Positions 1-10,097 are shown, counted from the first letter of the stretch. The stretch: 64,000 nt of DNA from Pseudomonadota bacterium (GCA_046047535.1 JBJOHS010000023.1:9031-73030); one strand, 5' to 3'. Program-made: numbers and translations. Notes: generated from the sequence alone by a model not told the origin.

Positions 1-358
1 CCGCACCAAGAAGGCTGCCGTCGGCATCACGGATAAGAACCCCGCCCTGTACGGGAACCATGTCGCCTTCGCTGAGGTGTTGTACGGCATGAATAAAAAA
101 TGGGGCCTTCTCTGCGCGACGCTGTAACTCGCGATTTCCGAATCCAAGTCCAAGTGCACCGCGGGCCTTTCCTGTAGCGATCTTGAACCGGTAGAGGGAG
201 GTCCCTTCCTGGGCTAGGTGAACCTTCACCTCACCACGAATATCGAGCACGGTGACTGCGAGGGGCAGAAACTTATGGTCCTTCGCGGATTCGAGCGCCT
301 TTTGGGCTATTACGAGAGCGGTGTCTAGTGAGATCGTTTTTAGAACTACGGCTGACAT
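1..358 (-). CDS. GlcG/HbpS family heme-binding protein (DUF336); 3' end runs off the window
   Basis: Not in the ORF track. Manual translation from ATG 358: MSAVVLKTISLDTALVIAQKALESAKDHKFLPLAVTVLDIRGEVK...FKIATGKARGALGLG...VPVQGGVLIRDADGSLLGA, which has the typical 'V.V.D..G', 'A..KA..A' and 'GG..I' motifs. SD-like AGAAAGGA upstream. Confidence 0.85.
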   Translation of the reverse strand, partial: MSAVVLKTISLDTALVIAQKALESAKDHKFLPLAVTVLDIRGEVKVHLAQEGTSLYRFKIATGKARGALGLGFGNRELQRRAEKAPFFIHAVQHLSEGDMVPVQGGVLIRDADGSLLGA

Positions 359-424
359 AGTAGGGATGTCCTTTCTGGATGTGGATTGTTCGCTGCAATA
401 GCGGTTGGCAGGATTCTCGTGGAA

Positions 425-1444
425 TTAGCAGTCGATGGGCTCGACCTGGCCAGAGACGACAGCCCTCATGATGGCCTCTAATGATGCAACGGTGTATCGC
501 TTCTGGTTGCTGTCTACAGGGTATGGTGCCTGCCCCCGAACCGCTTTGGCAAAGGACTCCAGATTTTCACGTACCGCATGGTGTGGCTCGACGAAGGCAG
601 TCTGGCGATCTTTGCCACGCATCACTCTGGTGATATCCCAGCCGGTGGGACTTTCTGGGTGCGTACGGTCTCGTATCTCACACCAGCCTTCAGAACCATA
701 CAGGGCAAAACGGCCGTCAAAGGGGGTTGCCAAGATGGCACTAATTAGGGATACGCCGCCCGACGCGAACTCGAGAAAGATGGCCAGCGTGTCACCGTTT
801 TCAAAGCCGGCACCGCGCGAGCTGAGTCGAGCCGTCACCGATTTGGGCTTTCCAAAGAATGACACTGAGAGATCTACGAGATGAATACCCGTAGCGGTGA
901 GCGGACCCACAGGGGCGACAGCGTTCGAGAGCCTCCAGTTATCGCGAGGTAGCTTTAAGAACTTATCTTGACTGAAATTGGCCTCGATCTGCAGCGCTGT
1001 TCCGTACATTCCGGATGCCACCTCCTGCCGCAAGACCTCCATGGCAGGTTCAAACCTTCGCTCATGGCCGACTCCCAGCACAAGGCCATGCTTCTCGCAG
1101 GCGGCAATGGCTCGTTCTGCATCTGCGAGGTTCATACATAGGGGCTTTTCGCAGAAAACATGCAGCCCACGCGATGCGGCCGATACGATCTGATCGGCAT
1201 GTTGCGGATGGGGCGTACAGATCACTACCGCCTCAAGGCCAGGCTCCTGAACGAGGCTTTCGTAGTCGCTACAGAATCGGACATTCTTCAGGGGACCCTC
1301 GGGGTTTGTGGGATGCAAGGCTGTGAGGGGCTCTGCGATGCATCGGAGAGAAAATGCCGGGGATTGCGCTAAAAGAGCAGCAATAACCTTTCCCCACCAG
1401 CCATATCCCGCGATACCAATTGCGATCGGCTTTTCAGACGCCAT
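425..1444 (-). CDS. Gfo/Idh/MocA family NAD(P)-dependent oxidoreductase
   Basis: Rossmann motif GIAGYGWWG; family motifs ICTPHPQH, HVFCEKP, GHERRF and GIHLVD. Confidence 0.9.
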   Translation of the reverse strand: MASEKPIAIGIAGYGWWGKVIAALLAQSPAFSLRCIAEPLTALHPTNPEGPLKNVRFCSDYESLVQEPGLEAVVICTPHPQHADQIVSAASRGLHVFCEKPLCMNLADAERAIAACEKHGLVLGVGHERRFEPAMEVLRQEVASGMYGTALQIEANFSQDKFLKLPRDNWRLSNAVAPVGPLTATGIHLVDLSVSFFGKPKSVTARLSSRGAGFENGDTLAIFLEFASGGVSLISAILATPFDGRFALYGSEGWCEIRDRTHPESPTGWDITRVMRGKDRQTAFVEPHHAVRENLESFAKAVRGQAPYPVDSNQKRYTVASLEAIMRAVVSGQVEPIDC

Positions 1445-1583
1445 AGTCAGTCTTATCCTTCTTCTCGTTAGTGAACAGTTGATTACTAACCATAACGCTG
1501 GATTCTACCGAAGAGCACCCCGAGGGCTCGACTCGTGGTTTCCCGATCAACAGAGGGCCTAGCAACTGAGATATAGTCCCGGG

Positions 1584-2357
1584 GTGTCGCTCGCAGACTA
1601 TCCCATCGGCTTCTACCTTGGTGCAGCCTTCGCCGTGCTCATCACGGGTGTTATTAAGGGCGGTTTTGGGGGCGCGGCTGGGGGGCTTGCAGTCCCGATC
1701 ATGTCCCTCTGGATCTCTCCTGTTGTCGCTGCAGGGGTCATGCTTCCGATCTTGTGCGCCATGGACATGATCGGCGTGCGGGCTTACTGGAAGAAATGGT
1801 CTTGGCCCGTCTTGCGTCCCGTATTCGTAGGGGCGGTTATCGGGATTGGCATTGGAAGCCTCATGTTTCAGAGCCTGTCGGTCCTGCAGTTAAAGCTAAT
1901 CGTGGGCGTGATTGCAGTCACCTTCGTCCTGAATAAATGGCTCTCTCTGGCAGATAGGCTGGTGCAACTCTTGAAGCGGACGCGGTCGGAGATGGGCCCG
2001 GTGGGAGGCGTATTCTGGGGGTCAGTTTCGGGCTTTACCAGCACACTGGCCCATGCGGGGGGGCCACCCTTCTCTGTTTATATCTTGGGGCGCCAGATCG
2101 ACAGGACCACAGTGGTGGCCTCTGCCTCGCTTTATTTTCTGTTTATGAACTACACCAAGATCATTCCCTACTACCTGCTTGGTCAGCTTAGCCCGTCCAA
2201 TCTACAGCTCTCTCTGGTATTTGCACCGCTGGCACCGGTGGGCATTGGGGTCGGTATCTGGCTGCACAAGCGCATCTCTGAGCGCATTTTTTATCAAACC
2301 AGCTATCTGCTGCTCTTCTCAACTGGCCTGAAGCTCATCTGGGATGCGCTTGCCTAG
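1584..2357 (+). CDS. TauE/SafE family sulfite exporter (TSUP)
   Basis: 257 aa and highly hydrophobic; Gly motifs KGGFGGAAGGLAVP and STLAHAGGPP in the two halves. GTG start. Confidence 0.85.
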   Translation: MSLADYPIGFYLGAAFAVLITGVIKGGFGGAAGGLAVPIMSLWISPVVAAGVMLPILCAMDMIGVRAYWKKWSWPVLRPVFVGAVIGIGIGSLMFQSLSVLQLKLIVGVIAVTFVLNKWLSLADRLVQLLKRTRSEMGPVGGVFWGSVSGFTSTLAHAGGPPFSVYILGRQIDRTTVVASASLYFLFMNYTKIIPYYLLGQLSPSNLQLSLVFAPLAPVGIGVGIWLHKRISERIFYQTSYLLLFSTGLKLIWDALA

Positions 2358-2500
2358 GGGGTGTCGACGGGATATCTCGCCTTCGCCATTTCAGGTCTGT
2401 TGGCGTTGCGGTTAGGAGACCCCGGTAGAATGATTGCTCGTTCAACATAGCGGCATTCACGCCGCTTCGATTCCAGATTTTATAAAGCGAGAGACACGCC

Positions 2501-3205
2501 ATGGCTACCACAACAGCACATTCCTATCTGTTTCCACCCAGTCCTCAGCCTGTATTGCCTATTCGTGGCCGGGCAGCGGTCATGCCGGTTCACCGTATCT
2601 ACTGCATTGGCAGGAACTATGAGGCCCACGCGGTTGAGATGGGCCATGATCCTAACAAGGAACCACCCTTCTTCTTCCAGAAAAATGCTGACAGTCTCGT
2701 GGTCCACGGGGATTTCCCTTATCCACCGCAGAGTCAGGACGTACACCATGAGGTGGAGCTTGTGGTGGCGATTGGTAAGGCAGGGTCCAATATTCCTGTC
2801 TCGAAGGCGCTTGACCATGTCATCGGCTACGCGGTGGGTCTCGACATGACCTGCCGTGACCTTCAGACCGAGGCAAAGAAGCTGGGCCGGCCCTGGGAGC
2901 CAGGTAAGTCTTTCGAGCACTCCTCCCCCTGCTCAGAGCTGGTCTTGGTTGCCGATATTGGGCACCCGGCAGAAGGGGAGATTTCGCTGAAGATTAATGG
3001 AGAGACACGCCAAGTGGGTGATCTCAATCAGCTCATCTGGAAGGTACCCGAGTTGGTGAGTGTGATGTCTAATTTTTATCACCTGCAGCCCGGAGACCTT
3101 ATTTTTTCTGGAACACCGTCGGGCATAGGCCCGGTACACAAGGGCGACCAGCTCGAGTGCTTTATTCAGTCGGTGGGTACGCTTAGCCTAAAGGTTGTCG
3201 GCTAG
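2501..3205 (+). CDS. Fumarylacetoacetate hydrolase family protein (fumarylpyruvate/acylpyruvate hydrolase-like)
   Basis: Motifs RIYCIGRNY..HA.EMG, PFFFQK, HHEVEL, GLDMT.RD, GKSF and GDLIFSGTP.G. Confidence 0.9.
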   Translation: MATTTAHSYLFPPSPQPVLPIRGRAAVMPVHRIYCIGRNYEAHAVEMGHDPNKEPPFFFQKNADSLVVHGDFPYPPQSQDVHHEVELVVAIGKAGSNIPVSKALDHVIGYAVGLDMTCRDLQTEAKKLGRPWEPGKSFEHSSPCSELVLVADIGHPAEGEISLKINGETRQVGDLNQLIWKVPELVSVMSNFYHLQPGDLIFSGTPSGIGPVHKGDQLECFIQSVGTLSLKVVG

Positions 3206-3223
3206 AGCGCCCCATCCGATGTC

Positions 3224-4942
3224 TTAGTCGGGTGTGCTCCTAAGAAACCGGAAGTCACACCCGTCTTCGGCCTGAAGTACCTCCTGGCTATGCAGTCGTC
3301 CGTAGCCTCGGTCTTGGCCAACCGTCGGTAGCGTTCTATGTAGTCCTTCAGCTTGTCTGGATTCAAGGGTGGCCTCGTCTACCAGAAGTGAGAGAGAGGA
3401 TTCTTTGACGCTGAGTCGAATCTGATCACCAGAGCGCACCAGGCTCAGGGGCCCACCGTCTGCTGCCTCGGGGCTTATATGCAGGACGATTGTCCCGTAG
3501 GCGGTTCCACTCATACGACCATCCGAGATACGAACCATATCGCGAACCCCCTTGGCTGCGAGTTTTTTGGGGATTGGGATGAGGCCAGCCTCCGGCATCC
3601 CAGCGCCCTTGGGGCCTATTCCGCGAAGGACGAGGATGTCGTCAGCCTGCACATCAAGATCGGGATCATCGAGCCGGCGGGCCATATCTTCCAGACCATC
3701 AAAGACTACCGCGCGCCCGGTATGTTCTAAGAGTTTCTCACTTGCTGCTACGGGCTTGATGACAGCACCACGCGGTGCAAGATTGCCCGAGAGCCATCGC
3801 AGCCCGCCGTTGGGATAGATAGGATTGGTGCGGTCACGAATGACCTCGCTTGGGCCGCTGGCCTCGAATGCATCGAGTCGTGTACGAAGGCTGTCGCCAA
3901 AGACCGTGGCGAAGTCGAGCTCCACCAGATCTGTCAGCTGGGCCAAGACCCGGATGAGGCCTCCTGCCTCATGAAAGTCGGGCATGTATCCTTCGCCACC
4001 GGGTTTGAGGTCGACCAGTACGGGAATCTGGTTTGCCAGCCTATTGAATTCTGCGGGATCCAGCCGCAGACCTACCCGCCCTACGATAGCGGCGAGGTGT
4101 ACCAGGGCATTGGTGGAGCCCCCGACGGCCAGGAGTATGGTAAGCGCGTTGTGCAGCTGTTGCTTGCCAAACTCTGGCATGGCAACCTCCCCCTTCGCGA
4201 GACGGGCAGCCGCATAGCCAGAACGCTCTGCGATACGAATTCGATCTGCCGATACAGCGGGAGCGCTCGCTGCCCCTGGGGCTGTCAGTCCCATGGCCTC
4301 AACGATGCACGCCATAGTGCTGGCGGTTCCCATGACAGAGCAGGTCCCCACTGAGGGCACAAGGTGGTTGTTGGCGTCGTCGATCTGCGCCTGGGTGAGA
4401 CGACCGGCACGGAAATCAGCCCAGAGGCGCCGGCAGTCGGTACAGGCACCTACCCGTTCGCCGCGCCAGCGTGACGAGAGCATGGGGCCGGTGGGTAAGA
4501 CCACAAAGGGCCGGCGGGCGGAGAGGGCTCCCATGATTTGGGCTGGTATGGTCTTGTCGCAGCCCCCGATCAAAACCACCGCATCCATCGGCTGGGCCTT
4601 GATCATCTCCTCGGTGTCCATCGACATGAGGTTGCGTAGGTAGAGACTGGTGGGTGCCGCAAAGGATTCGTGCAGCGAGATGGTGGGAAAGACAATCGGC
4701 AGGGCGCCCTGCATCATGACCCCGCGCTTGACTGCTTCTATCAGCTGGGGGGCATTGCCATGGCAGGGGTTGAAGTCGCTACCCGTGTCGATGATCCCAA
4801 CAATCGGTTTGGCGAGGTCTTCGTCCGAGAGCCCAGCCCCTTTGATAAAGGCGCGGCGCAAAAAGAGGGCAAACTCTTTATCACCATAATTCACGGTGCC
4901 GGCAGATAGGCCCTGTACAGGCTTTGTCGGTGGCGTGTTCAT
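3224..4942 (-). CDS. IlvD/Edd family [Fe-S] dehydratase (dihydroxy-acid / sugar-acid dehydratase)
   Basis: Fe-S Cys in NPCH, GGCDKT and GTCSVMGTAS; also GGSTN and SDGRMSGT. ATG 4942 lies just after the SDR stop. Confidence 0.9.
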   Translation of the reverse strand: MNTPPTKPVQGLSAGTVNYGDKEFALFLRRAFIKGAGLSDEDLAKPIVGIIDTGSDFNPCHGNAPQLIEAVKRGVMMQGALPIVFPTISLHESFAAPTSLYLRNLMSMDTEEMIKAQPMDAVVLIGGCDKTIPAQIMGALSARRPFVVLPTGPMLSSRWRGERVGACTDCRRLWADFRAGRLTQAQIDDANNHLVPSVGTCSVMGTASTMACIVEAMGLTAPGAASAPAVSADRIRIAERSGYAAARLAKGEVAMPEFGKQQLHNALTILLAVGGSTNALVHLAAIVGRVGLRLDPAEFNRLANQIPVLVDLKPGGEGYMPDFHEAGGLIRVLAQLTDLVELDFATVFGDSLRTRLDAFEASGPSEVIRDRTNPIYPNGGLRWLSGNLAPRGAVIKPVAASEKLLEHTGRAVVFDGLEDMARRLDDPDLDVQADDILVLRGIGPKGAGMPEAGLIPIPKKLAAKGVRDMVRISDGRMSGTAYGTIVLHISPEAADGGPLSLVRSGDQIRLSVKESSLSLLVDEATLESRQAEGLHRTLPTVGQDRGYGRLHSQEVLQAEDGCDFRFLRSTPD

Positions 4943-4943
4943 A

Positions 4944-5702
4944 CTAGCCCCTTCCGACAAAAGGCATGTTGGTTGCCATGAGAGTCATGGTGAGGACATT
5001 GGCCTCAAGTGGCAGGCCTGCAATGTAGGCTACCGCATCTCCGCAATAGGCGGCATCAATGACAGGCTCAACCATAACCTCTCCGTTGGCCTGCGGTACC
5101 CCTGCCTTGAATCGCTCCCCAATTGCGGTGTCTGCGTTACCGATATCAATCTGGGAGGCGGCGATCTTATAAGGCCGCCCATCGAGGGAGAGTGACTTGG
5201 TCAGACCGGTAATGGCATGTTTGGTTGCCGTGTAGGCACAGGTATTGGGCCGTGGGGCATGCGCCGAGATTGAGCCATTATTAATAATTCTGCCACCCTG
5301 GGGCGTCTGCTTTTTCATCAGGGCGAAGGCCGCCTGAGCGCAGAGAAAAGATCCTGTGAGATTGACATCCACAACGCGCCGCCAGTCTTCCTCGGAGAGT
5401 TCCTCCAGAGGTACACGGGGGGCACCCATACCTGCGTTATTAAAAAGGACATCAAGTCTGCCAAATCGATTTTCAATCTCAGCAAAGAGCGTCTTCACGG
5501 CTGAACCTTGGCTGACATCGGCCGCGACTGCCACAATCGGCGGCTGCTCCGCAAGGCCTGCCGCAGCCGTTTCCTGTAATGGGTCTAGCCGCCGTCCTGT
5601 AACAACGACATGGAACCCTGCCTTCTGCAGGGAGTAGGCGGCCGCACGGCCAATTCCGGTACCTCCACCGGTGACAAGCGCAACTCTGGAATGGTGGGAC
5701 AT
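4944..5702 (-). CDS. Classical SDR family oxidoreductase
   Basis: [12 protein letters not shown], catalytic S...YTATK (YxxxK). Confidence 0.9.
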   Translation of the reverse strand: MSHHSRVALVTGGGTGIGRAAAYSLQKAGFHVVVTGRRLDPLQETAAAGLAEQPPIVAVAADVSQGSAVKTLFAEIENRFGRLDVLFNNAGMGAPRVPLEELSEEDWRRVVDVNLTGSFLCAQAAFALMKKQTPQGGRIINNGSISAHAPRPNTCAYTATKHAITGLTKSLSLDGRPYKIAASQIDIGNADTAIGERFKAGVPQANGEVMVEPVIDAAYCGDAVAYIAGLPLEANVLTMTLMATNMPFVGRG

Positions 5703-5772
5703 GGGAAGGGGAGTCCTTTCTAGTAAGGCGAAACACTCGAAGGCTGGGCGGCCAGACGGGTCGGGTCAGGCG

Positions 5773-5782
5773 TGTCCAGACA
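5773..5782. promoter_or_regulatory. Possible GntR-family operator (TGTC-N2-GACA) between the divergent SDR and Ldh_2 genes
   Basis: Dyad TGTCCAGACA flanked by two further GCCAGACG-like repeats. Short enough to be chance. Confidence 0.25.
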
Positions 5783-5864
5783 GGCCAGACGACTGAAAGT
5801 TTAGCGCTTATGATGGAGGTCACCCGATCAACAAGGATTTTGGCCGTAGACACAGGAGATTTTT

Positions 5865-6938
5865 ATGGCAGAAGGTCGTCGTGTTTCGTTTAATGCGCTA
5901 GCGTCATTTATCACACAGGCCCTAGCGACCCAGGGCCTCTCCGATTCCGATGCCGCGACTGTCGCCCGCATGATGGCGCAAGCCGATCTGCAGGGATCCG
6001 ACGGCCATGGGGTTATTCGTCTAGGCCAATACCTCAAGCGCATTCAGGCTGGAGGTATGAACATACGTCCCAATATTCGTGTTGTTCGTGAGCGGACCGC
6101 CATGGCCCTGGTCGACGGGGACAATGCGATGGGCCATCTTGTGGTCTCGAAGGCCGTCTCACTAGCGGCAGAAAAAGCCCGCACCACGGGTATTGCCTGG
6201 GTAGGTACCCGGATGAGTAACCATGCGGGCCCTGCATCTCTTTATGTGCGGGCGTTGGCGGATCAAGACCTGATCGGTATTTACTATGCGGTGGGCAATG
6301 CCAACCATCTTCCGCCGTGGGGCGGAATGGACATGCTGCTCTCGACCAATCCCATTGCAATTGCCTTTCCGAGGGGTCATCGTGAGCCTTCCGTGGTTCT
6401 CGATATGGCCACCACCGTAGCCGCCTACGGAAAAGTGAAGGCAAAGGCCCGTAAGGGCGAGTTGATGCCTGAAGGCTGGATGATCGACCGCCAGGGCCGG
6501 CCTCTACTGGATCCGCATCGCGCCGCCGAGGGGTTTCTCCTCCCGATTGGCGGCCATAAAGGCTACGGGTTGGCCCTCATGGGGGGCCTCCTTGCTGGAA
6601 GTCTCAATGGGGCTGCCATGGGCAGTGAGGTGATTGACTTCAATATGGATAGCCGTTCTACAACCAATACGGGCCAGGCGGTTTGCGCGATCGATCCGAC
6701 CGCCTTTGACGACATCGATGTTCTGCGTGGTCGACTCGATAAGCTCATAGGCGAAATTCGTGACAGTGCGAAGTTACCGGCAACCGACCGAATTTGGCTT
6801 CCCGGTGAGCAGAGCCACTATAAGCGCCTGGAATACACCGATAAGGGTATTCCCTTATCTTCCGGGGTGGTCGAGGAACTCGACCGGATTGCCCAAGACC
6901 TCGGTATTCCTCCCCTATCCAGCATCTCTGGGCAGTGA
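5865..6938 (+). CDS. Ldh_2 family dehydrogenase (malate/L-lactate/sulfolactate/ureidoglycolate dehydrogenase class)
   Basis: Motifs AD..G..GHG..RL, DGDNAMGH, SNHAG, STNPIA, LDMATT, GGHKGYGL and LPGE; SD CAGGAG. Confidence 0.9.
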   Translation: MAEGRRVSFNALASFITQALATQGLSDSDAATVARMMAQADLQGSDGHGVIRLGQYLKRIQAGGMNIRPNIRVVRERTAMALVDGDNAMGHLVVSKAVSLAAEKARTTGIAWVGTRMSNHAGPASLYVRALADQDLIGIYYAVGNANHLPPWGGMDMLLSTNPIAIAFPRGHREPSVVLDMATTVAAYGKVKAKARKGELMPEGWMIDRQGRPLLDPHRAAEGFLLPIGGHKGYGLALMGGLLAGSLNGAAMGSEVIDFNMDSRSTTNTGQAVCAIDPTAFDDIDVLRGRLDKLIGEIRDSAKLPATDRIWLPGEQSHYKRLEYTDKGIPLSSGVVEELDRIAQDLGIPPLSSISGQ

Positions 6939-6985
6939 TACGCTGTCGGGTCATTCTATGATCAATCGATAAATTACACCGCAGA

Positions 6986-7020
6986 GGCGTCGCGTAGGGC
7001 GGCGCCGTTCTGTCTTGTTT
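6986..7020 (+). terminator. Probable intrinsic terminator after the Ldh_2 gene
   Basis: Stem GGCGTCGC/GCGGCGCC with a 5-nt loop, followed by T-rich GTTCTGTCTTGTTT. Confidence 0.45.
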
Positions 7021-7028
7021 ATACAAGA
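7013..7028. promoter_or_regulatory. Palindromic operator-like site (GntR/HutC-type) upstream of the VOC-qor pair
   Basis: TCTTGTTTATACAAGA is a 16-bp dyad with one mismatched pair, 24 nt before the ATG. It resembles the HutC-type TTGTA-N2-TACAA box. Confidence 0.4.
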
Positions 7029-7052
7029 ACCTTTTTCTATGGGGACACCGCT

Positions 7053-7619
7053 ATGGCACTAAAATTTCTTGAGCATCTCTTGATTCTCACCCACGACCCC
7101 GACGGCACCAAAGATTGGTTCTGTAAGAACCTAGGGTTCCGGGAGGGAGACCATCCGGAGTTTGGCTTTCCTGTGCACTGGCTCTATATCGGAGACCAGG
7201 ACGTCATTCATATCGGTAAGGCACGGCACTCCGACCACCAAAACACCTACTTAAAGGCCCCCACCGACAAAGAGAGTGATGATTTCTCCGCCGCTGGGGC
7301 TATGGGTTCGGGCCGAATTGACCATCTCTGCATCAATTGCGATGACCTTGCCGGCTTTGTCAAAAAGCTTACTGAAAACGGGGTCGAGTTCAATGAGCGA
7401 AAGGCGCACAATTCCGGGCTCTACCAACTCTTCATGCGCGAGCCCATTAACGGTATAAAGGTGGAGTTGAACTTCCCCTGGCATGAGGCTGTTGCGCTTG
7501 GCCGTGTTCCTGGCTGGACCGACGATGGACAGAATGAAAAGTCTGTCGCTGACGTCATGAAGGAATCTCGATTTACTGAGCGGTACACCAAAGACGAAAA
7601 AGAAAAGGTAACGGTATGA
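7053..7619 (+). CDS. VOC (glyoxalase/bleomycin resistance/dioxygenase) family protein
   Basis: LEHLLI, FGFPVHWLY, IDHLCI and KVELNF give the VOC His/His/Glu metal-ligand pattern. Confidence 0.8.
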   Translation: MALKFLEHLLILTHDPDGTKDWFCKNLGFREGDHPEFGFPVHWLYIGDQDVIHIGKARHSDHQNTYLKAPTDKESDDFSAAGAMGSGRIDHLCINCDDLAGFVKKLTENGVEFNERKAHNSGLYQLFMREPINGIKVELNFPWHEAVALGRVPGWTDDGQNEKSVADVMKESRFTERYTKDEKEKVTV

Positions 7620-8599
7620 CCAAGACCCTCGTAGCACGCGTGCATCAGGCTGGTGAGCCTGAGGTAATTAAGTTGGAAGAGGCCACACTCGCAGACCCAG
7701 CGGCCGGCGAGGTGACGATTCGTCACACGGCCATTGGCTTAAATTTTCAAGACATTTACATGCGCAGTGGCCTCTATCCCGTGCCCACGCCATTTGGTCT
7801 GGGTAATGAGGCTGCCGGTGTGGTTGAAAAGGTAGGCCCCGGTGTTAGCGACTTTAAGGAAGGTGATCGGGTCTGTTATGCCAGCGGGCCGGTTTTTGAG
7901 GCCTACTCTACGCGGCGTAATTTCCCCGCAGCGCGTCTTCTGCGTACCCCGGATGGAATTCAAGACGAGCAGGCCGCCGCTATTCTCCTCAAGGGCATGA
8001 CCGTTGAATATCTGATGCATCGGTGTTTTCCAGTCAAGGCAGGTATGTCCGTGCTTTTTCATGCGGCAGCAGGCGGGGTAGGGCTCTTGGCTGGTCAGTG
8101 GGGCAAGGATCTTGGCGCCCGTATGATCGGGGTAGCAGGCGGCCCCGAAAAGTGCGCACTTGCGCTTCAAAATGGCTATGACGCCTGTCTCGACAGGAAA
8201 AAAGACGACATTGCTGCGCGTACAAAGGAACTTACCGGTGGTAAGGGAGTTCCCGTGGTCTTCGATTCGGTAGGCAAGGACAGCTTCGAGGCCTCGCTCA
8301 ACAGTCTCGCGCCCCGAGGCTACTTCGTATCTTTTGGCCAGACTACTGGCCATCCCCCACCAGTGACAGGGGCCGTCTTACAGAAGCTTGGGTCTCTGTA
8401 TTTCACACGGCCCACACTCGCAACCTATACGTCAGATACCCAGGAGATGCGCGAATCAGCGGCAATGGTTTTTGATCGGTTAAAGCGCGGTGTGTTGAAA
8501 CTATCCATTAATCAGCGATATGCCTTATCAGATGTCGTTCGTGCACATCGTGATCTTCAGTCCGGTGCAACATCCGGTTCAACAATCATCACACCCTAA
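7616..8599 (+). CDS. qor: NADPH:quinone oxidoreductase (zeta-crystallin/MDR family)
   Basis: GLNFQD...RSG.Y, G.EAAG.V, HAAAGGVG, VFDSVGKD and SLYFTRP; ATGA overlap with the VOC gene. Confidence 0.88.
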   Translation: MTKTLVARVHQAGEPEVIKLEEATLADPAAGEVTIRHTAIGLNFQDIYMRSGLYPVPTPFGLGNEAAGVVEKVGPGVSDFKEGDRVCYASGPVFEAYSTRRNFPAARLLRTPDGIQDEQAAAILLKGMTVEYLMHRCFPVKAGMSVLFHAAAGGVGLLAGQWGKDLGARMIGVAGGPEKCALALQNGYDACLDRKKDDIAARTKELTGGKGVPVVFDSVGKDSFEASLNSLAPRGYFVSFGQTTGHPPPVTGAVLQKLGSLYFTRPTLATYTSDTQEMRESAAMVFDRLKRGVLKLSINQRYALSDVVRAHRDLQSGATSGSTIITP

Positions 8600-8662
8600 T
8601 ACGCGTGTACTTGGGGGCGGGCTGAGTTCTTCCCCTAGCCGACGATTATCTGCAGAGGTAGT

Positions 8663-8700
8663 AAAAAAAGGCCTGGGTGTTATCCCAGGCCTTTTTTTTT
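8663..8700. terminator. Bidirectional intrinsic terminator between qor and dctM
   Basis: A7-GGCCTGGG-6 nt loop-CCCAGGCC-T9 between convergent genes. Confidence 0.92.
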
Positions 8701-8711
8701 GATACGTTCGG

Positions 8712-10097
8712 TTACTTGTTCACGTTAAACACATAGTCTGGTAACCAGGTTGCTATCGAGGGGAAGAACCAGATAGTGAGCACCACGATCAGCAGACAGA
8801 TCCAGTACGGAATCGAATAGCGGAATATCTGGCCTACAGTGATTTCGTCGGCCGGTAATGACGCCTTCACCGTAAATACCAAGATTCCGAAGGGAGGCGT
8901 AAGGAGCCCCGACTCAATCGCCAGAATTCCAAGCATTGCAAAGGCGATGGGATCCATGCCGGCTGCATGCGCCACCGGTGCAAAGACGGGCACGGTGATG
9001 AGAATAATCGAGATCGAATCGATGAGGCATCCCAAAACAAACCAGATTAGAACCATCACCAGAATAATGGCCCAGAGGTCCATACCGGAATTGGTGAAGA
9101 TTGTCTGTATGGCACCGGTGATGCCCGTCATTGAGAGCACCCGGGAATACAATTGGGCGCAAAATAAAAGCAAAAGTAGAGGCGCAGATGTACGCCCCAC
9201 CTGCAAAACCACCTCGCGAATCTCCTTAAACCTTACCCCTCGAATGAGCGCGATGACGAGGGCGGCAGCCGCCCCCACACCTGCGCCTTCGGTGGGGGTA
9301 AATGCACCCATCCATATGCCGCCGAGGATAAAGGCGACGAGTCCGAGAACAAGGATGGTGCCGAAAAAGGCCTGCGATAGATTCTCGTCTAATGCGCTAT
9401 CGGCGGCGGCGGCCCTCGCCGTTGTCTCCGCGCTCTGCCCCTGCCAGGTAACAGACTGCCCGGGAACGCCAACCCCGACGATGTGCGGGCGGGTCACTGC
9501 AGTAAGGAGAATGTAGAGACAGAACAACAAGGCGAGCAGCAGGCCCGGCCCGACCCCTGCGAGAAAGAGCTGGCCTACCGACTGCTCGGTAAGAACGCCC
9601 CAGACGATCATCAGCACACTCGGCGGAATCAGCATTCCTAGGCAGGAGCTCCCCGCAATACACCCTGCAGAAAAGCCTTTGTCGTAACCCGCGCGCCGCA
9701 TTTCAGGGTAGGCGATACGCGAGAAGGCTGCAGCGGCGGCGATACTCACGCCGGTAACAAAGGCAAAAAGTGCATTGGCCCCGACGGTCGCGAGTCCGAG
9801 GCGTCCTGGAAGGAATCGCAGTCCCCGATTGATCAGGGTAAAGATATCCCTTGCTGCGCCACTCTGGGCGAGGAATCCGCCCATCAGCAGAAAGAGGGGA
9901 ATTACCGCAAAGACATAGTCACGAAGTGCCTCATAGGCAGTGCTAGAGATGAACTGGAAGACCACCCCCCAGTCCCCCACCATCAGAAACGCCCCAAGTA
10001 CGGCGGTGGCGCCCAGCGCAACAGCGATATGTACCCCTGCAAGCGTGAGCAGAAGAACGGTACCGATGACCATGACAACCTGAAAAGTACTGAACAT
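8712..10097 (-). CDS. dctM: TRAP transporter large permease
   Basis: Motifs AVIPLFLLMG, PEMRRAGY, LGMLIPPS, FTPTEGA and LLTPPFG. Confidence 0.93.
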   Translation of the reverse strand: MFSTFQVVMVIGTVLLLTLAGVHIAVALGATAVLGAFLMVGDWGVVFQFISSTAYEALRDYVFAVIPLFLLMGGFLAQSGAARDIFTLINRGLRFLPGRLGLATVGANALFAFVTGVSIAAAAAFSRIAYPEMRRAGYDKGFSAGCIAGSSCLGMLIPPSVLMIVWGVLTEQSVGQLFLAGVGPGLLLALLFCLYILLTAVTRPHIVGVGVPGQSVTWQGQSAETTARAAAADSALDENLSQAFFGTILVLGLVAFILGGIWMGAFTPTEGAGVGAAAALVIALIRGVRFKEIREVVLQVGRTSAPLLLLLFCAQLYSRVLSMTGITGAIQTIFTNSGMDLWAIILVMVLIWFVLGCLIDSISIILITVPVFAPVAHAAGMDPIAFAMLGILAIESGLLTPPFGILVFTVKASLPADEITVGQIFRYSIPYWICLLIVVLTIWFFPSIATWLPDYVFNVNK

